From the NCBI GenBank assembly GCA_964016885.1, contig OZ024741.1, forward strand, positions 262,570,001 through 262,634,000: a DNA stretch of 64,000 bases, written 5' to 3'. Both the position numbers and the translations under genes were made by a program. Within the stretch, counting starts at the first letter, position 1, and each line of letters begins with the position of its first letter. A model generated the notes under the pieces. It was not told where the DNA came from, did no database searches, and saw only the letters and a list, made by a program, of their open reading frames with translations. Origin of the DNA: Eledone cirrhosa. Taxonomy: Eukaryota. Of this stretch, positions 41,760 through 54,497 are shown piece after piece.

Positions 41760-42729
41760 GTTTCGCTTTACGAGTGTTTCGACTTACGAGTGTTTCGACA
41801 TACGAGTGTTTCGGCTTACGAGTGTTTTGATTTACGAGTGTTTTGACTTACGGGTGCTTCGACTTACGCGTGTTTCGACTCACGAGTGTTTCGACTTACG
41901 AGTGTTTCGACTAACGAGTGTTTCGGCTGGCGAGTGTTTCGACTTACGAGTGTTTTGACTTAAGGGTGTTTCGACTTACGAGTGTTTCGACTTACGAGTG
42001 TTTCGACTTACGAGTGTTTCGGCGTACGAGTGTTTTGACTTACGAGTGTTTCGACTTACGAGTGTTTTGACTTACGAATGTTTTGACTTACGGGTGTTTC
42101 GGCTTACGCGTGTTTCGACTTACGAGTGTTTCGGCTTGCGAGTGTTTCGACTTACTAATGTTTTTACTTACGAGTGTTTCGGCGTACGAGTTTTTCGACT
42201 TACGAGTGTTTCGGCTTACGGGTGTTTTGACTTACGGGTGTTTTGGCTTACGAGTGTTTCGACTTACGAGTGTTTCGACTTACGGGTGTTTCGATTACGA
42301 GTGTTTTGGCTTACGGTGTTTCGACTTACGAGTGTTTCGGCTTACGAGTGTTTCGACTTAAGGGTGTTTCGACTTACGAGTGTTTCGATACGAGTGTTTC
42401 GACTTACGAGTGTTTCCGCTTACGAGTGTTTCGACTTACGAGTGTTTCGACTTACGAGTGTTCTGATTTACGGATGTTTCAACTTACGAGCGTTCTGACT
42501 TACGAGTGTTTCTGCTTACGAGTGTTTCGGCTTACGAGTGTTTCGAGTTAAGAGTGTTTTGACTTACGCGTGTTTTGACATACGAGTGTTCTGACTTACG
42601 AGTGTTCTGACTTACGAGTGTTCTGACTTACGAGTGTTCTGACTTACGAGTGTTCTGACTTACGAGTGTTCCGACTTTACGAGTGTTTCGGCTCACGAGT
42701 GTTTCGGCTTACGAGTGTTTCGACTTACG

Positions 42730-42799
42730 AAAATAACAAATAGACGCGGTTTCAAATCTCTATGCTTTTCAAATTCATTACATTAATCTTTATTTATAC
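42730..42799 (+). repeat. 70-bp element, copy 23 (type D flank)
   Basis: Consensus; D markers downstream. Confidence 0.95.
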
Positions 42800-45146
42800 G
42801 TTTCGCTTTACGAGTGTTTCGACTTACGAGTGTTTCGACATACGAGTGTTTCGACTTACGAATGTTTTTGCTTACGAGTGTTTCGGTTTACGAGTGTTCC
42901 GACTTACGAGTGTTCCGACTTACGAGTGTTTCGGCTTACGAGTGTTTCCGGCTTACGAGTGTTTCGACTTACGAGTGTTTTGACTTACGGTGTTTCGGCT
43001 TACGAGTGATTAGACTTACGAGTGTTTTGACTTACGGGTGTTTTGACTTACGGGTGTTGTGAATTACGAGTGTTCCGATTTACGAGTGTTTTGACTTACG
43101 GTGTTTCGGCTTACAAGTGATTCGACTTACGAATGTTTTGACTTACGGGTGTTTCGGCTTGCGAGTGTTTCGAGTTACGAGTGTTTTGACTTACGCGTGT
43201 TTTGACATACGAGTGTTTCGATACGAGTGTTCTGACTTACGAGTGTTCTGACTTACGAGTGTTCTGACTTACGAGTGTTCTGACTTACGAGTGTTCCGAC
43301 TTTACGAGTGTTTCGGCTCACGAGTGTTTCGGCTTACGAGTGTTTCGACTTACGAGTGTTTCGACTTACGGGTGTTTTGACTTACGGGTGTTTCGGCTTA
43401 CGAGTGTTTCGACTTACGAGTGTTTCGACTTACGAGTGTTCCGACTTACGGGTGTTTTGACTTACGTGTGTTTTGACATACGAGTGTTTCGACTTACGTG
43501 TGTTTTGACTTACGTGTGTTTTGACATACGAGTGTTTCGATACGAGTGTTTCGACTTACGAGTGTTCTGACTTACGATTGTTCTGACTTACGAGCGTTCT
43601 GACTTACGAGTGTTTCGGCTTACGAGTGTTTCGGCTTACGAGTGTTTCGACTTACGAGTGTTTCGACTTACGAGTGTTCCGACTTACGGGTGTTTCGACT
43701 TACGAGTGTTTTGGCTTACGGTGTTTCGACTTACGAGTGTTTCGAGTTAAGAGTGTTTTGACTTACGCGTGTTTTGACATACGAGTGTTCTGACTTACGA
43801 GTGTTCTGACTTACGAGTGTTCTGACTTACGAGTGTTCTGATTTACGGATGTTTCGAATTATGAGTGTTTCGACTACGAGTGTTTCGACTTACGAGTGTT
43901 TCGACTACGAGTTTTTCGACTTACGAGTGTTCTGTCTTACGAGTGTTCTGACTTACGGGTGTTCTGACTTACGAGTGTTCCGACTTACGAGTGTTTCGGC
44001 TTATGAGTGTTTCGGCTTACGAGCGTTTCGACTACGAGTGTTTCGACTTACGAATGTTTTTGCTTACGAGTGTTTCGACTTACGAATGTTTTTGCTTACG
44101 AATGTTTTTGCTTACGAGTGTTCTGACTTACGAGTGTTTTGACTTACGAGTGTTTTGGTTTACGTGTGTTTCGACTTACGAATGTTTCGGCTTACGAGTG
44201 TTTCGACTTACGAGTGTTCCGACCTACGAGTGTTTCGGATACGGATGTTCCGACTTACGAGTATTTTCGGCTTACGAGTGTTTTCACTTACGATTGTTTT
44301 GACTTACGATTGTTTCGGCTTACGAGTGTTTCGACTTACGAGTCTTTCGATTTACGAGTGTTTTGACTTACGGGTGTTTCGACTTACGAGTGTTTTGGTT
44401 TACGTGTGTTTCGACTTATGAATGTTTCGGCTTACGAGTGTTTCGACTTACGAGTGTTTCGACTTACGGTTGTTCTGACTTACGGGTATTCCGACTTACG
44501 AGTGATTTGGCATACGAGTGTTTCGACTTACGAGTGTTTTCGGCTTACGAGTGTTTCGACTTACGAGTGTTTTGACTTACGATTGTTTCGGATTACGAGT
44601 GTTTCGACTTACGAGTGTTTCGGCTTACGAGTGTTTTGACTTAAGGGTGTTTCGACGAGTGTTTCGATACGAGTGTTTCGACTTACGGGTGTTCTGACTT
44701 ACGAGTGTTCTGATTTACGGATGTTTCGAATTATGAGTGTTTCGACTACGAGTGTTTCGACTTACGAGTGTTTCGACTACGAGTGTTTCGACTTACGAGT
44801 GTTCTGACTTACGAGTGTTCTGACTTACGAGTGTTCTGACTTACGAGTGTTCCGACTTACGAGTGTTTCGGCTTACGAGTGTTTCGGCTTACGTGTGTTT
44901 CGGCTTACGAGTGTTTCGACTTACGAGTGTTTTGACTTACGGTGTTTCGGCTTACGAATGTTTTGACTTACGAGTGTTTTGACTTACGGGTGTTTTGACA
45001 TACGAGTGTTTCGATACGAGTGTTTCGACTTACGAGTGTTCTGACTTACGAGTGTTCTGACTTACGAGTGTTCTGACTTACGAGTGTTCCGACTTACGAG
45101 TGTTTCGGCTCACGAGTGTTTCGGCTTACGAGTGTTTCGACTTACG

Positions 45147-45216
45147 AAAATAACAAATAGACGCGGTTTCAAATCTCTATGCTTTTCAAGTTCATTACAT
45201 TAATCTTTATTTATAC
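45147..45216 (+). repeat. 70-bp element, copy 24 (type E)
   Basis: CAAGTTC allele. Confidence 0.95.
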
Positions 45217-47105
45217 GTTTCGCTTTACGAATGTTTCGACTTACGAGTGTTTCGACGTACGAGTGTTTCGGCATACGAGTGTTTTGACTTACGAGATTTT
45301 TTACTTACGGGTGTTTCGACTTACACGTGTTTCGGCTTACGAATGTTTTGACTTACGAGTGTTTTGACTTACGGGTGTTTTGACATGCGAGTGTTTCGAT
45401 ACGAGTGTTTCGACTTACGAGTGTTCTGACTTACGAGTGTTTCGTCTTACGATTGTTTCGGCTTACGAGTGTTTCGACTTACGAGTGTTTTGACTTACGG
45501 TGTTTCGGTTTACGCGTGTTTCGACTTACGAGTGTTTTGACTTACGGGTGTTTTGACATACGAGTGTTTCGATACGAGTGTTCTGACTTACGAGTGTTCT
45601 GACTTACGAGTGTTCTAACTTACGGGTGTTCTGACTTACGAGTGTTCCGACTTACGAGTGTTTCGACTTATGAGTGTTTCGGCTTACGAGCGTTTCGACT
45701 ACGAGTGTTTCGACTTGCGAATGTTTTTGCTTACGAGTGTTTCGACTTACGAATGTTTTTGCTTACGAATGTTTTTGCTTACGAGTGTTCTGACTTACGA
45801 GTGTTTTGACTTACGAGTGTTCCGGCTTACGAGTGTTTTGGTTTACGTGTGTTTCGACTTACGAATGTTTCGGCTTACGAGTGTTTCGACTTACGAGTGT
45901 TCCGACCTACGAGTGTTTCGGCTACGGATGTTCCGACTTACGAGTATTTTCGGCTTACGAGTGTTTTGACTTACGATTGTTTTGACTTACGATTGTTTCG
46001 ACTTACGAGTGTTTCGATTTACGAGTGTTTTGACTTAAGAATATTTTGACTTACGGGTGTTTCGGCTTACGAGTGTTTCGACTTACGAGTGTTTTGACTT
46101 ACGGGTGTTTCGACTTACGAGTGTTTTGGTTTACGTGTGTTTCGACTTACGAATGTTTCGGCTTACGAGTGTTTCGACTTACGAGTGTTTCGACTTACGG
46201 TTGTTCTGACTTACGGGTATTCCGACTTACGAGTGATTTGGCATACGAGTGTTTCGACTTACGAGTGTTTTTGGCTTACGAGTGTTTCGACTTACGAGTG
46301 TTTTGACTTACGATTGTTTCGGCTTACGAGTGTTTCGACTTACGAGTGTTTCGGCTTACGAGTGTTTCGTCTTATGAGTGTTTTGACTTAAGGGTGTTTC
46401 GACGAGTGTTTCGATACGAGTGTTTCGACTTACGGGTGTTCTGACTTACGAGTGTTCTGATTTACGGATGTTTCGAATTATGAGTGTTTCGGCTTACGAG
46501 CGTTTCGACTACGAGTGTTTCGACTTACGAATGTTTTTGCTAACGAGTGTTTCGACTTACGAATGTTTTTGCTTACGAGTGTTTCGGCTTACGAGTGTTT
46601 CGACTTACGAGTGTTTTGACTTACCGGTGTTTCGACTTACGGGTGTTTTGACTTACGAGAGTTTCGACTTACGAGTGTTCTGACTTACGAGTGTTCTGAC
46701 TTACGAGTGTTCCGACTTGCGAGTGTTTCGGCTTACGAGTGTTTCGACATGCGAGTTTTTTGACTTACGGATGTTTCGACTTACGGGTGTTTCGACTCAC
46801 GAGTGTTTCTACTTACGAGTGTTTCGACTTACGAGTGTTCCGACTTACGAGTGTTTTGACTTACGATTGTTCCGACTTACGAGTGTTTCGGCTTACGAGT
46901 GTTTCGGCTCACGAGTGTTTCGACTTACGAGTGTTTCGACTTACGAGTGTTTCGACTTACGAGTGTTTCGACTTACGAGTGTTCTGATTTACGGATGTTT
47001 CGACTTACGAGCGTTCTGACTTACGAGTGTTTCGGCTTACGAGTGTTTCGGCTTACGAGTGTTTCGGCTCACGAGTGTTTCGGCTTACGAGTGTTTCGAC
47101 TTACG

Positions 47106-47175
47106 AAAATAACAAATAGACGCGGTTTCAAATCTCTATGCTTTTCAAATTCATTACATTAATCTTTATTTATAC
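47106..47175 (+). repeat. 70-bp element, copy 25 (type D flank)
   Basis: Consensus; D markers downstream. Confidence 0.95.
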
Positions 47176-47746
47176 GTTTCGCTTTACGAGTGTTTCGACT
47201 TACGAGTGTTTCGACATACGAGTGTTTCGACTTACGAATGTTTTTGCTTACGAGTGTTTCGGTTTACGAGTGTTCCGACTTACGAGTGTTCCGACTTACG
47301 AGTGTTTCGGCTTACGAGTGTTTCCGGCTTACGAGTGTTTCGACTTACGAGTGTTTTGACTTACGGTGTTTCGGCTTACGAGTGATTAGACTTACGAGTG
47401 TTTTGACTTACGGGTGTTTTGACTTACGGGTGTTGTGAATTACGAGTGTTCCGATTTACGAGTGTTTTGACTTACGGTGTTTCGGCTTACAAGTGATTCG
47501 ACTTACGAATGTTTTGACTTACGGGTGTTTCGGCTTGCGAGTGTTTCGAGTTACGAGTGTTTTGACTTACGCGTGTTTTGACATACGAGTGTTTCGATAC
47601 GAGTGTTCTGACTTACGAGTGTTCTGACTTACGAGTGTTCTGACTTACGAGTGTTCTGACTTACGAGTGTTCTGACTTACGAGTGTTCCGACTTTACGAG
47701 TGTTTCGGCTCACGAGTGTTTCGGCTTACGAGTGTTTCGACTTACG

Positions 47747-47816
47747 AAAATAACAAATAGACGCGGTTTCAAATCTCTATGCTTTTCAAATTCATTACAT
47801 TAATCTTTATTTATAC
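47747..47816 (+). repeat. 70-bp element, copy 26 (type A)
   Basis: Consensus. Confidence 0.95.
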
Positions 47817-50800
47817 GTTTCGCTTTACGAGTGTTTCGACTTACGAGTGTTTCGACATACGAGTGTTTCGACTTACGAATGTTTTTGCTTACGGGTGTTT
47901 CGACTTACGAATGTTTTTGCTTACGAGTGTTTCGGTTTACGAGTGTTCCGACTTACGAGTGTTCCGACTTACGAGTGTTTCGGCTTACGAGTGTTTCCGG
48001 CTTACGAGTGTTTCGACTTACTAATGTTTTTACTTACGAGTGTTTCGGCGTACGAGTGTTTTGACTTACGAGTGTTTCGACTTACGAGTGTTTTGACTTA
48101 CGAATGTTTTGACTTACGGGTGTTTCGGCTTACGAGTGTTTCGACTTACGAGTGTTTCGGCTTGCGAGTGTTTCGACTTACTAATGTTTTTACTTACGAG
48201 TGTTTCGGCGTACGAGTGTTTCGACTTACGAGTGTTTCGACTTACGGGTGTTTTGACTTACGGGTGTTTCGGCTTACGAGTGTTTCGACTTACGAGTGTT
48301 TTGACTTAAGGGTGTTTCGACTTACGAGTGTTTCGACTTACGAGTGTTTCGACTTACGAGTGTTTCGGATTACGAATGTTTTGACTTGAGGGTTTTCGTC
48401 TTACGAGTGTTTCGATACGAGTGTTTCGACTTACGAGTGTTTTGACTTACGATTGTTTTGACTTACGGGTATTTCGGCTTACGAGTGTTTCGAGTTACGA
48501 GTGTTTCGACGTACGAGTGTTTTGACTTGCGTGTGTTTCGACTTACGAGTGTTTTGGTTTACGTGTGTTTCGACTTACGAATGTTTCGGCTTACGAGTGT
48601 TTCGACTTACGAGTGTTCCGACCTACGAGTGTTTCGGCTACGGATGTTCCGACTTACGAGTATTTTCGGCTTACGATTGTTTTGACTTACGATTGTTTTG
48701 ACGTACGATTGTTTCGGCTTACGAGTGTTTCGACTTACGAGTGTTTCGATTTACGTGTGTTTCGACTTACGAATGTTTCGACTTACGAGTGTTTCGGCTT
48801 ACGAGTGTTTCGTCTTATGAGTGTTTTGACTTAAGGGTGTTTCGACGAGTGTTTCGATACGAGTGTTTTGACTTACGGGTGTTCTGACTTACGAGTGTTC
48901 TGATTTACGGATGTTTCGAATTATGAGTGTTTCGACTACGAGTGTTTCGACTTACGAGTGTTTCGACTACGAGTGTTTCGACTTACGAGTGTTCTGACTT
49001 ACGAGTGTTCTGACTTACGGGTGTTCTGACTTACGAGTGTTCCGACTTACGAGTGTTTCGGCTTATGAGTGTTTCGGCTTACGAGCGTTTCGACTACGAG
49101 TGTTTCGACTTACGAATGTTTTTGCTTACGAGTGTTTCGACTTACGAATGTTTTTGCTTACGAGTGTTTCGGCTTACAAGTGTTTCGACTTACAAGTGTT
49201 TCGACTTACGAGTGTTTTGACTTACGGTGTTTCGGCTTACGAGTGTTTCGACATACGAGTGTTTTGACTTACCGGTGTTTCGACTTACGGATGTTTCGAC
49301 TTACGGGTGTTTCGACTCACGAGTGTTTCTACTTACGAGTGTTTCGACTTACGAGTGTTCCGACTTACGAGTGTTTTGACTTACGAGTGTTCCGACTTAC
49401 GAGTGTTTCGGCTTACGAGTGTTTCGGCTCACGAGTGTTTCAACTTACGAGTGTTTTGAATTACGAATGTTTTGCCTTACGGGTGTTTCGGTTTACGGGT
49501 GTTTTGACTTACGAGTGTTCTGACTTACGAGTGTTCCGGCTTACGAGTGTTTCGGCTTACGAGTGTTTCGACTCACGAGTGTTCCGACCTACGAGTGTTT
49601 CGGCTACGGATGTTCCGACTTACGAGTATTTTCGACTTACGAGTGTTTTGACTTACGGGTATTTCGGCTTACGAGTGTTTCGACTTACGAGTGTTTCGAC
49701 GTACGAGTGTTTTGACTTGCGGGTGTTTCGACTTACGAGTGTTTTGGTTTACGTGTGTTTCGACTTACGAATGTTTCGGCTTACGAGTGTTTCGACTTAC
49801 GAGTGTTCCGACCTACGAGTGTTTCGGCTACGGATGTTCCGACTTACGAGTATTTTCGGCTTACGAGTGTTTTGACTTACGATTGTTTTGACGTACGATT
49901 GTTTCGGCTTACGAGTGTTTCGACTTACGAGTGTTTCGATTTACGAGTGTTTTGACTTAAGAATGTTTTGACTTACGGGTGTTTCGGCTTATGAGTGTTT
50001 CGACTTACGAGTGTTTCGATTTACGTGTGTTTCGACTTACGAATGTTTCGACTTACGAGTGTTTCGGCTTACGAGTGTTTCGTCTTATGAGTGTTTTGAC
50101 TTAAGGGTGTTTCGACGAGTGTTTCGATACGAGTGTTTCGACTTACGGGTTTTCTGACTTACGAGTGTTCTGATTTACGGATGTTTCGAATTATGAGTGT
50201 TTCGACTACGAGTGTTTCGACTTACGAGTGTTTCGACTACGAGTGTTTCGACTTACGAGTGTTCTGACTTACGAGTGTTCTGACTTACGGGTGTTCTGAC
50301 TTACGAGTGTTCCGACTTACGAGTGTTTCGGCTTATGAGTGTTTCGGCTTACGAGCGTTTCGACTACGAGTGTTTCGACTTACGAATGTTTTTGCTAACG
50401 AGTGTTTCGACTTACGAATGTTTTTGCTTACGAGTGTTTCGGCTTACGAGTGTTTCGACTTACAAGTGTTTCGAATTACGAGTGTTTTGACTTACGGTGT
50501 TTCGGCTTACGAGTGTTTCGACATACGAGTGTTTTGACTTACCGCTGTTTCGACTTACGGGTGTTTCGACTTACGAGAGTTTCGACTTACGAGTGTTCTG
50601 ACTTACGAGTGTTCTGACTTACGAGTGTTCCGACTTGCGAGTGTTTCGGCTTACGAGTGTTTCGACATGCGAGTTTTTTTACTTACGAGTGTTTTGGTTT
50701 ACGTGTGTTTCGATTTACGAGTGTTTCGACTTACGAGTGTTTCGACGTACGAGTGTTTTGACTTGCGGGTGTTTCGACTTACGAGTGTTTTGGTTTACGT

Positions 50801-51781
50801 GTGTTTCGACTTACGAATGTTTCGGCTTACGAGTGTTTCGACTTACGAGTGTTCCGACCTACGAGTGTTTCGGCTACGGATGTTCCGACTTACGAGTATT
50901 TTCGGCTTACGAGTGTTTTGACTTACGATTGTTTTGACTTACGGGTATTTCGGCTTACGAGTGTTTCGACTTACGAGTGTTTCGACTTACGAGTGTTTTG
51001 ACTTACGGGTGTTTCGACTTACGAGTGTTTTGGTTTACGTGTGTTTCGACTTATGAATGTTTCGGCTTACGAGTGTTTCGACTTACGAGTGTTTCGACTT
51101 ACGGTTGTTCTGACTTACGGGTATTCCGACTTACGAGTGATTTGGCATACGAGTGTTTCGACTTACGAGTGTTTTCGGCTTACGAGTGTTTCGACTTACG
51201 AGTGTTTTGACTTACGATTGTTTCGGATTACGAGTGTTTCGACTTACGAGTGTTTCGGCTTACGAGTGTTTTGACTTAAGGGTGTTTCGACGAGTGTTTC
51301 GATACGAGTGTTTCGACTTACGGGTGTTCTGACTTACGAGTGTTCTGATTTACGGATGTTTCGAATTATGAGTGTTTCGACTACGAGTGTTTCGACTTAC
51401 GAGTGTTTCGACTACGAGTGTTTCGACTTACGAGTGTTCTGACTTACGAGTGTTCTGACTTACGAGTGTTCTGACTTACGAGTGTTCCGACTTACGAGTG
51501 TTTCGGCTTACGAGTGTTTCGGCTTACGTGTGTTTCGGCTTACGAGTGTTTCGACTTACGAGTGTTTTGACTTACGGTGTTTCGGCTTACGAATGTTTTG
51601 ACTTACGAGTGTTTTGACTTACGGGTGTTTTGACATACGAGTGTTTCGATACGAGTGTTTCGACTTACGAGTGTTCTGACTTACGAGTGTTCTGACTTAC
51701 GAGTGTTCTGACTTACGAGTGTTCCGACTTACGAGTGTTTCGGCTCACGAGTGTTTCGGCTTACGAGTGTTTCGACTTACG

Positions 51782-51851
51782 AAAATAACAAATAGACGCG
51801 GTTTCAAATCTCTATGCTTTTCAAGTTCATTACATTAATCTTTATTTATAC
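51782..51851 (+). repeat. 70-bp element, copy 27 (type E)
   Basis: CAAGTTC allele; duplicate of copy 24 at +6635. Confidence 0.95.
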
Positions 51852-53786
51852 GTTTCGCTTTACGAATGTTTCGACTTACGAGTGTTTCGACGTACGAGTG
51901 TTTCGGCATACGAGTGTTTTGACTTACGAGATTTTTTACTTACGGGTGTTTCGACTTACACGTGTTTCGGCTTACGAATGTTTTGACTTACGAGTGTTTT
52001 GACTTACGGGTGTTTTGACATGCGAGTGTTTCGATACGAGTGTTTCGACTTACGAGTGTTCTGACTTACGAGTGTTTCGTCTTACGATTGTTTCGGCTTA
52101 CGAGTGTTTCGACTTACGAGTGTTTTGACTTACGGTGTTTCGGTTTACGCGTGTTTCGACTTACGAGTGTTTTGACTTACGGGTGTTTTGACATACGAGT
52201 GTTTCGATACGAGTGTTCTGACTTACGAGTGTTCTGACTTACGAGTGTTCTAACTTACGGGTGTTCTGACTTACGAGTGTTCCGACTTACGAGTGTTTCG
52301 ACTTATGAGTGTTTCGGCTTACGAGCGTTTCGACTACGAGTGTTTCGACTTGCGAATGTTTTTGCTTACGAGTGTTTCGACTTACGAATGTTTTTGCTTA
52401 CGAATGTTTTTGCTTACGAGTGTTCTGACTTACGAGTGTTTTGACTTACGAGTGTTCCGGCTTACGAGTGTTTTGGTTTACGTGTGTTTCGACTTACGAA
52501 TGTTTCGGCTTACGAGTGTTTCGACTTACGAGTGTTCCGACCTACGAGTGTTTCGGCTACGGATGTTCCGACTTACGAGTATTTTCGGCTTACGAGTGTT
52601 TTGACTTACGATTGTTTTGACTTACGATTGTTTCGACTTACGAGTGTTTCGATTTACGAGTGTTTTGACTTAAGAATATTTTGACTTACGGGTGTTTCGG
52701 CTTACGAGTGTTTCGACTTACGAGTGTTTTGACTTACGGGTGTTTCGACTTACGAGTGTTTTGGTTTACGTGTGTTTCGACTTACGAATGTTTCGGCTTA
52801 CGAGTGTTTCGACTTACGAGTGTTTCGACTTACGGTTGTTCTGACTTACGGGTATTCCGACTTACGAGTGATTTGGCATACGAGTGTTTCGACTTACGAG
52901 TGTTTTTGGCTTACGAGTGTTTCGACTTACGAGTGTTTTGACTTACGATTGTTTCGGCTTACGAGTGTTTCGACTTACGAGTGTTTCGGCTTACGAGTGT
53001 TTCGTCTTATGAGTGTTTTGACTTAAGGGTGTTTCGACGAGTGTTTCGATACGAGTGTTTCGACTTACGGGTGTTCTGACTTACGAGTGTTCTGATTTAC
53101 GGATGTTTCGAATTATGAGTGTTTCGGCTTACGAGCGTTTCGACTACGAGTGTTTCGACTTACGAATGTTTTTGCTAACGAGTGTTTCGACTTACGAATG
53201 TTTTTGCTTACGAGTGTTTCGGCTTACGAGTGTTTCGACTTACGAGTGTTTTGACTTACCGGTGTTTCGACTTACGGGTGTTTTGACTTACGAGAGTTTC
53301 GACTTACGAGTGTTCTGACTTACGAGTGTTCTGACTTACGAGTGTTCCGACTTGCGAGTGTTTCGGCTTACGAGTGTTTCGACATGCGAGTTTTTTGACT
53401 TACGGATGTTTCGACTTACGGGTGTTTCGACTCACGAGTGTTTCTACTTACGAGTGTTTCGACTTACGAGTGTTCCGACTTACGAGTGTTTTGACTTACG
53501 ATTGTTCCGACTTACGAGTGTTTCGGCTTACGAGTGTTTCGGCTCACGAGTGTTTCGACTTACGAGTGTTTCGACTTACGAGTGTTTCGATACGAGTGTT
53601 TCGACTTACGAGTGTTTCGGCTTACGAGTGTTTCGACTTACGAGTGTTTCGACTTACGAGTGTTCTGATTTACGGATGTTACGACTTACGAGCGTTCTGA
53701 CTTACGAGTGTTTCGGCTTACGAGTGTTTCGGCTTACGAGTGTTTCGGCTCACGAGTGTTTCGGCTTACGAGTGTTTCGACTTACG

Positions 53787-53856
53787 AAAATAACAAATAG
53801 ACGCGGTTTCAAATCTCTATGCTTTTCAAATTCATTACATTAATCTTTATTTATAC
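53787..53856 (+). repeat. 70-bp element, copy 28 (type D flank)
   Basis: Consensus; duplicate of copy 25 at +6681. Confidence 0.95.
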
Positions 53857-54427
53857 GTTTCGCTTTACGAGTGTTTCGACTTACGAGTGTTTCGACATAC
53901 GAGTGTTTCGACTTACGAATGTTTTTGCTTACGAGTGTTTCGGTTTACGAGTGTTCCGACTTACGAGTGTTCCGACTTACGAGTGTTTCGGCTTACGAGT
54001 GTTTCCGGCTTACGAGTGTTTCGACTTACGAGTGTTTTGACTTACGGTGTTTCGGCTTACGAGTGATTAGACTTACGAGTGTTTTGACTTACGGGTGTTT
54101 TGACTTACGGGTGTTGTGAATTACGAGTGTTCCGATTTACGAGTGTTTTGACTTACGGTGTTTCGGCTTACAAGTGATTCGACTTACGAATGTTTTGACT
54201 TACGGGTGTTTCGGCTTGCGAGTGTTTCGAGTTACGAGTGTTTTGACTTACGCGTGTTTTGACATACGAGTGTTTCGATACGAGTGTTCTGACTTACGAG
54301 TGTTCTGACTTACGAGTGTTCTGACTTACGAGTGTTCTGACTTACGAGTGTTCTGACTTACGAGTGTTCCGACTTTACGAGTGTTTCGGCTCACGAGTGT
54401 TTCGGCTTACGAGTGTTTCGACTTACG

Positions 54428-54497
54428 AAAATAACAAATAGACGCGGTTTCAAATCTCTATGCTTTTCAAATTCATTACATTAATCTTTATTTATAC
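54428..54497 (+). repeat. 70-bp element, copy 29 (type A)
   Basis: Consensus; duplicate of copy 26 at +6681. Confidence 0.95.

Noticed and set aside
3295-54497. CRISPR-like array (constant repeat separated by variable spacers)
   Set aside because: The 'spacers' are 0.5-6.7 kb of satellite rather than unique 25-45 bp sequences, the repeat is 70 bp, and there are no cas genes or leader.
3295-54497. 70-bp element as an actively transposing MITE or SINE
   Set aside because: There are no convincing TIRs, pol III boxes or tail. Identical phase, orientation and flanking monomers in all copies indicate co-amplification rather than independent insertion.
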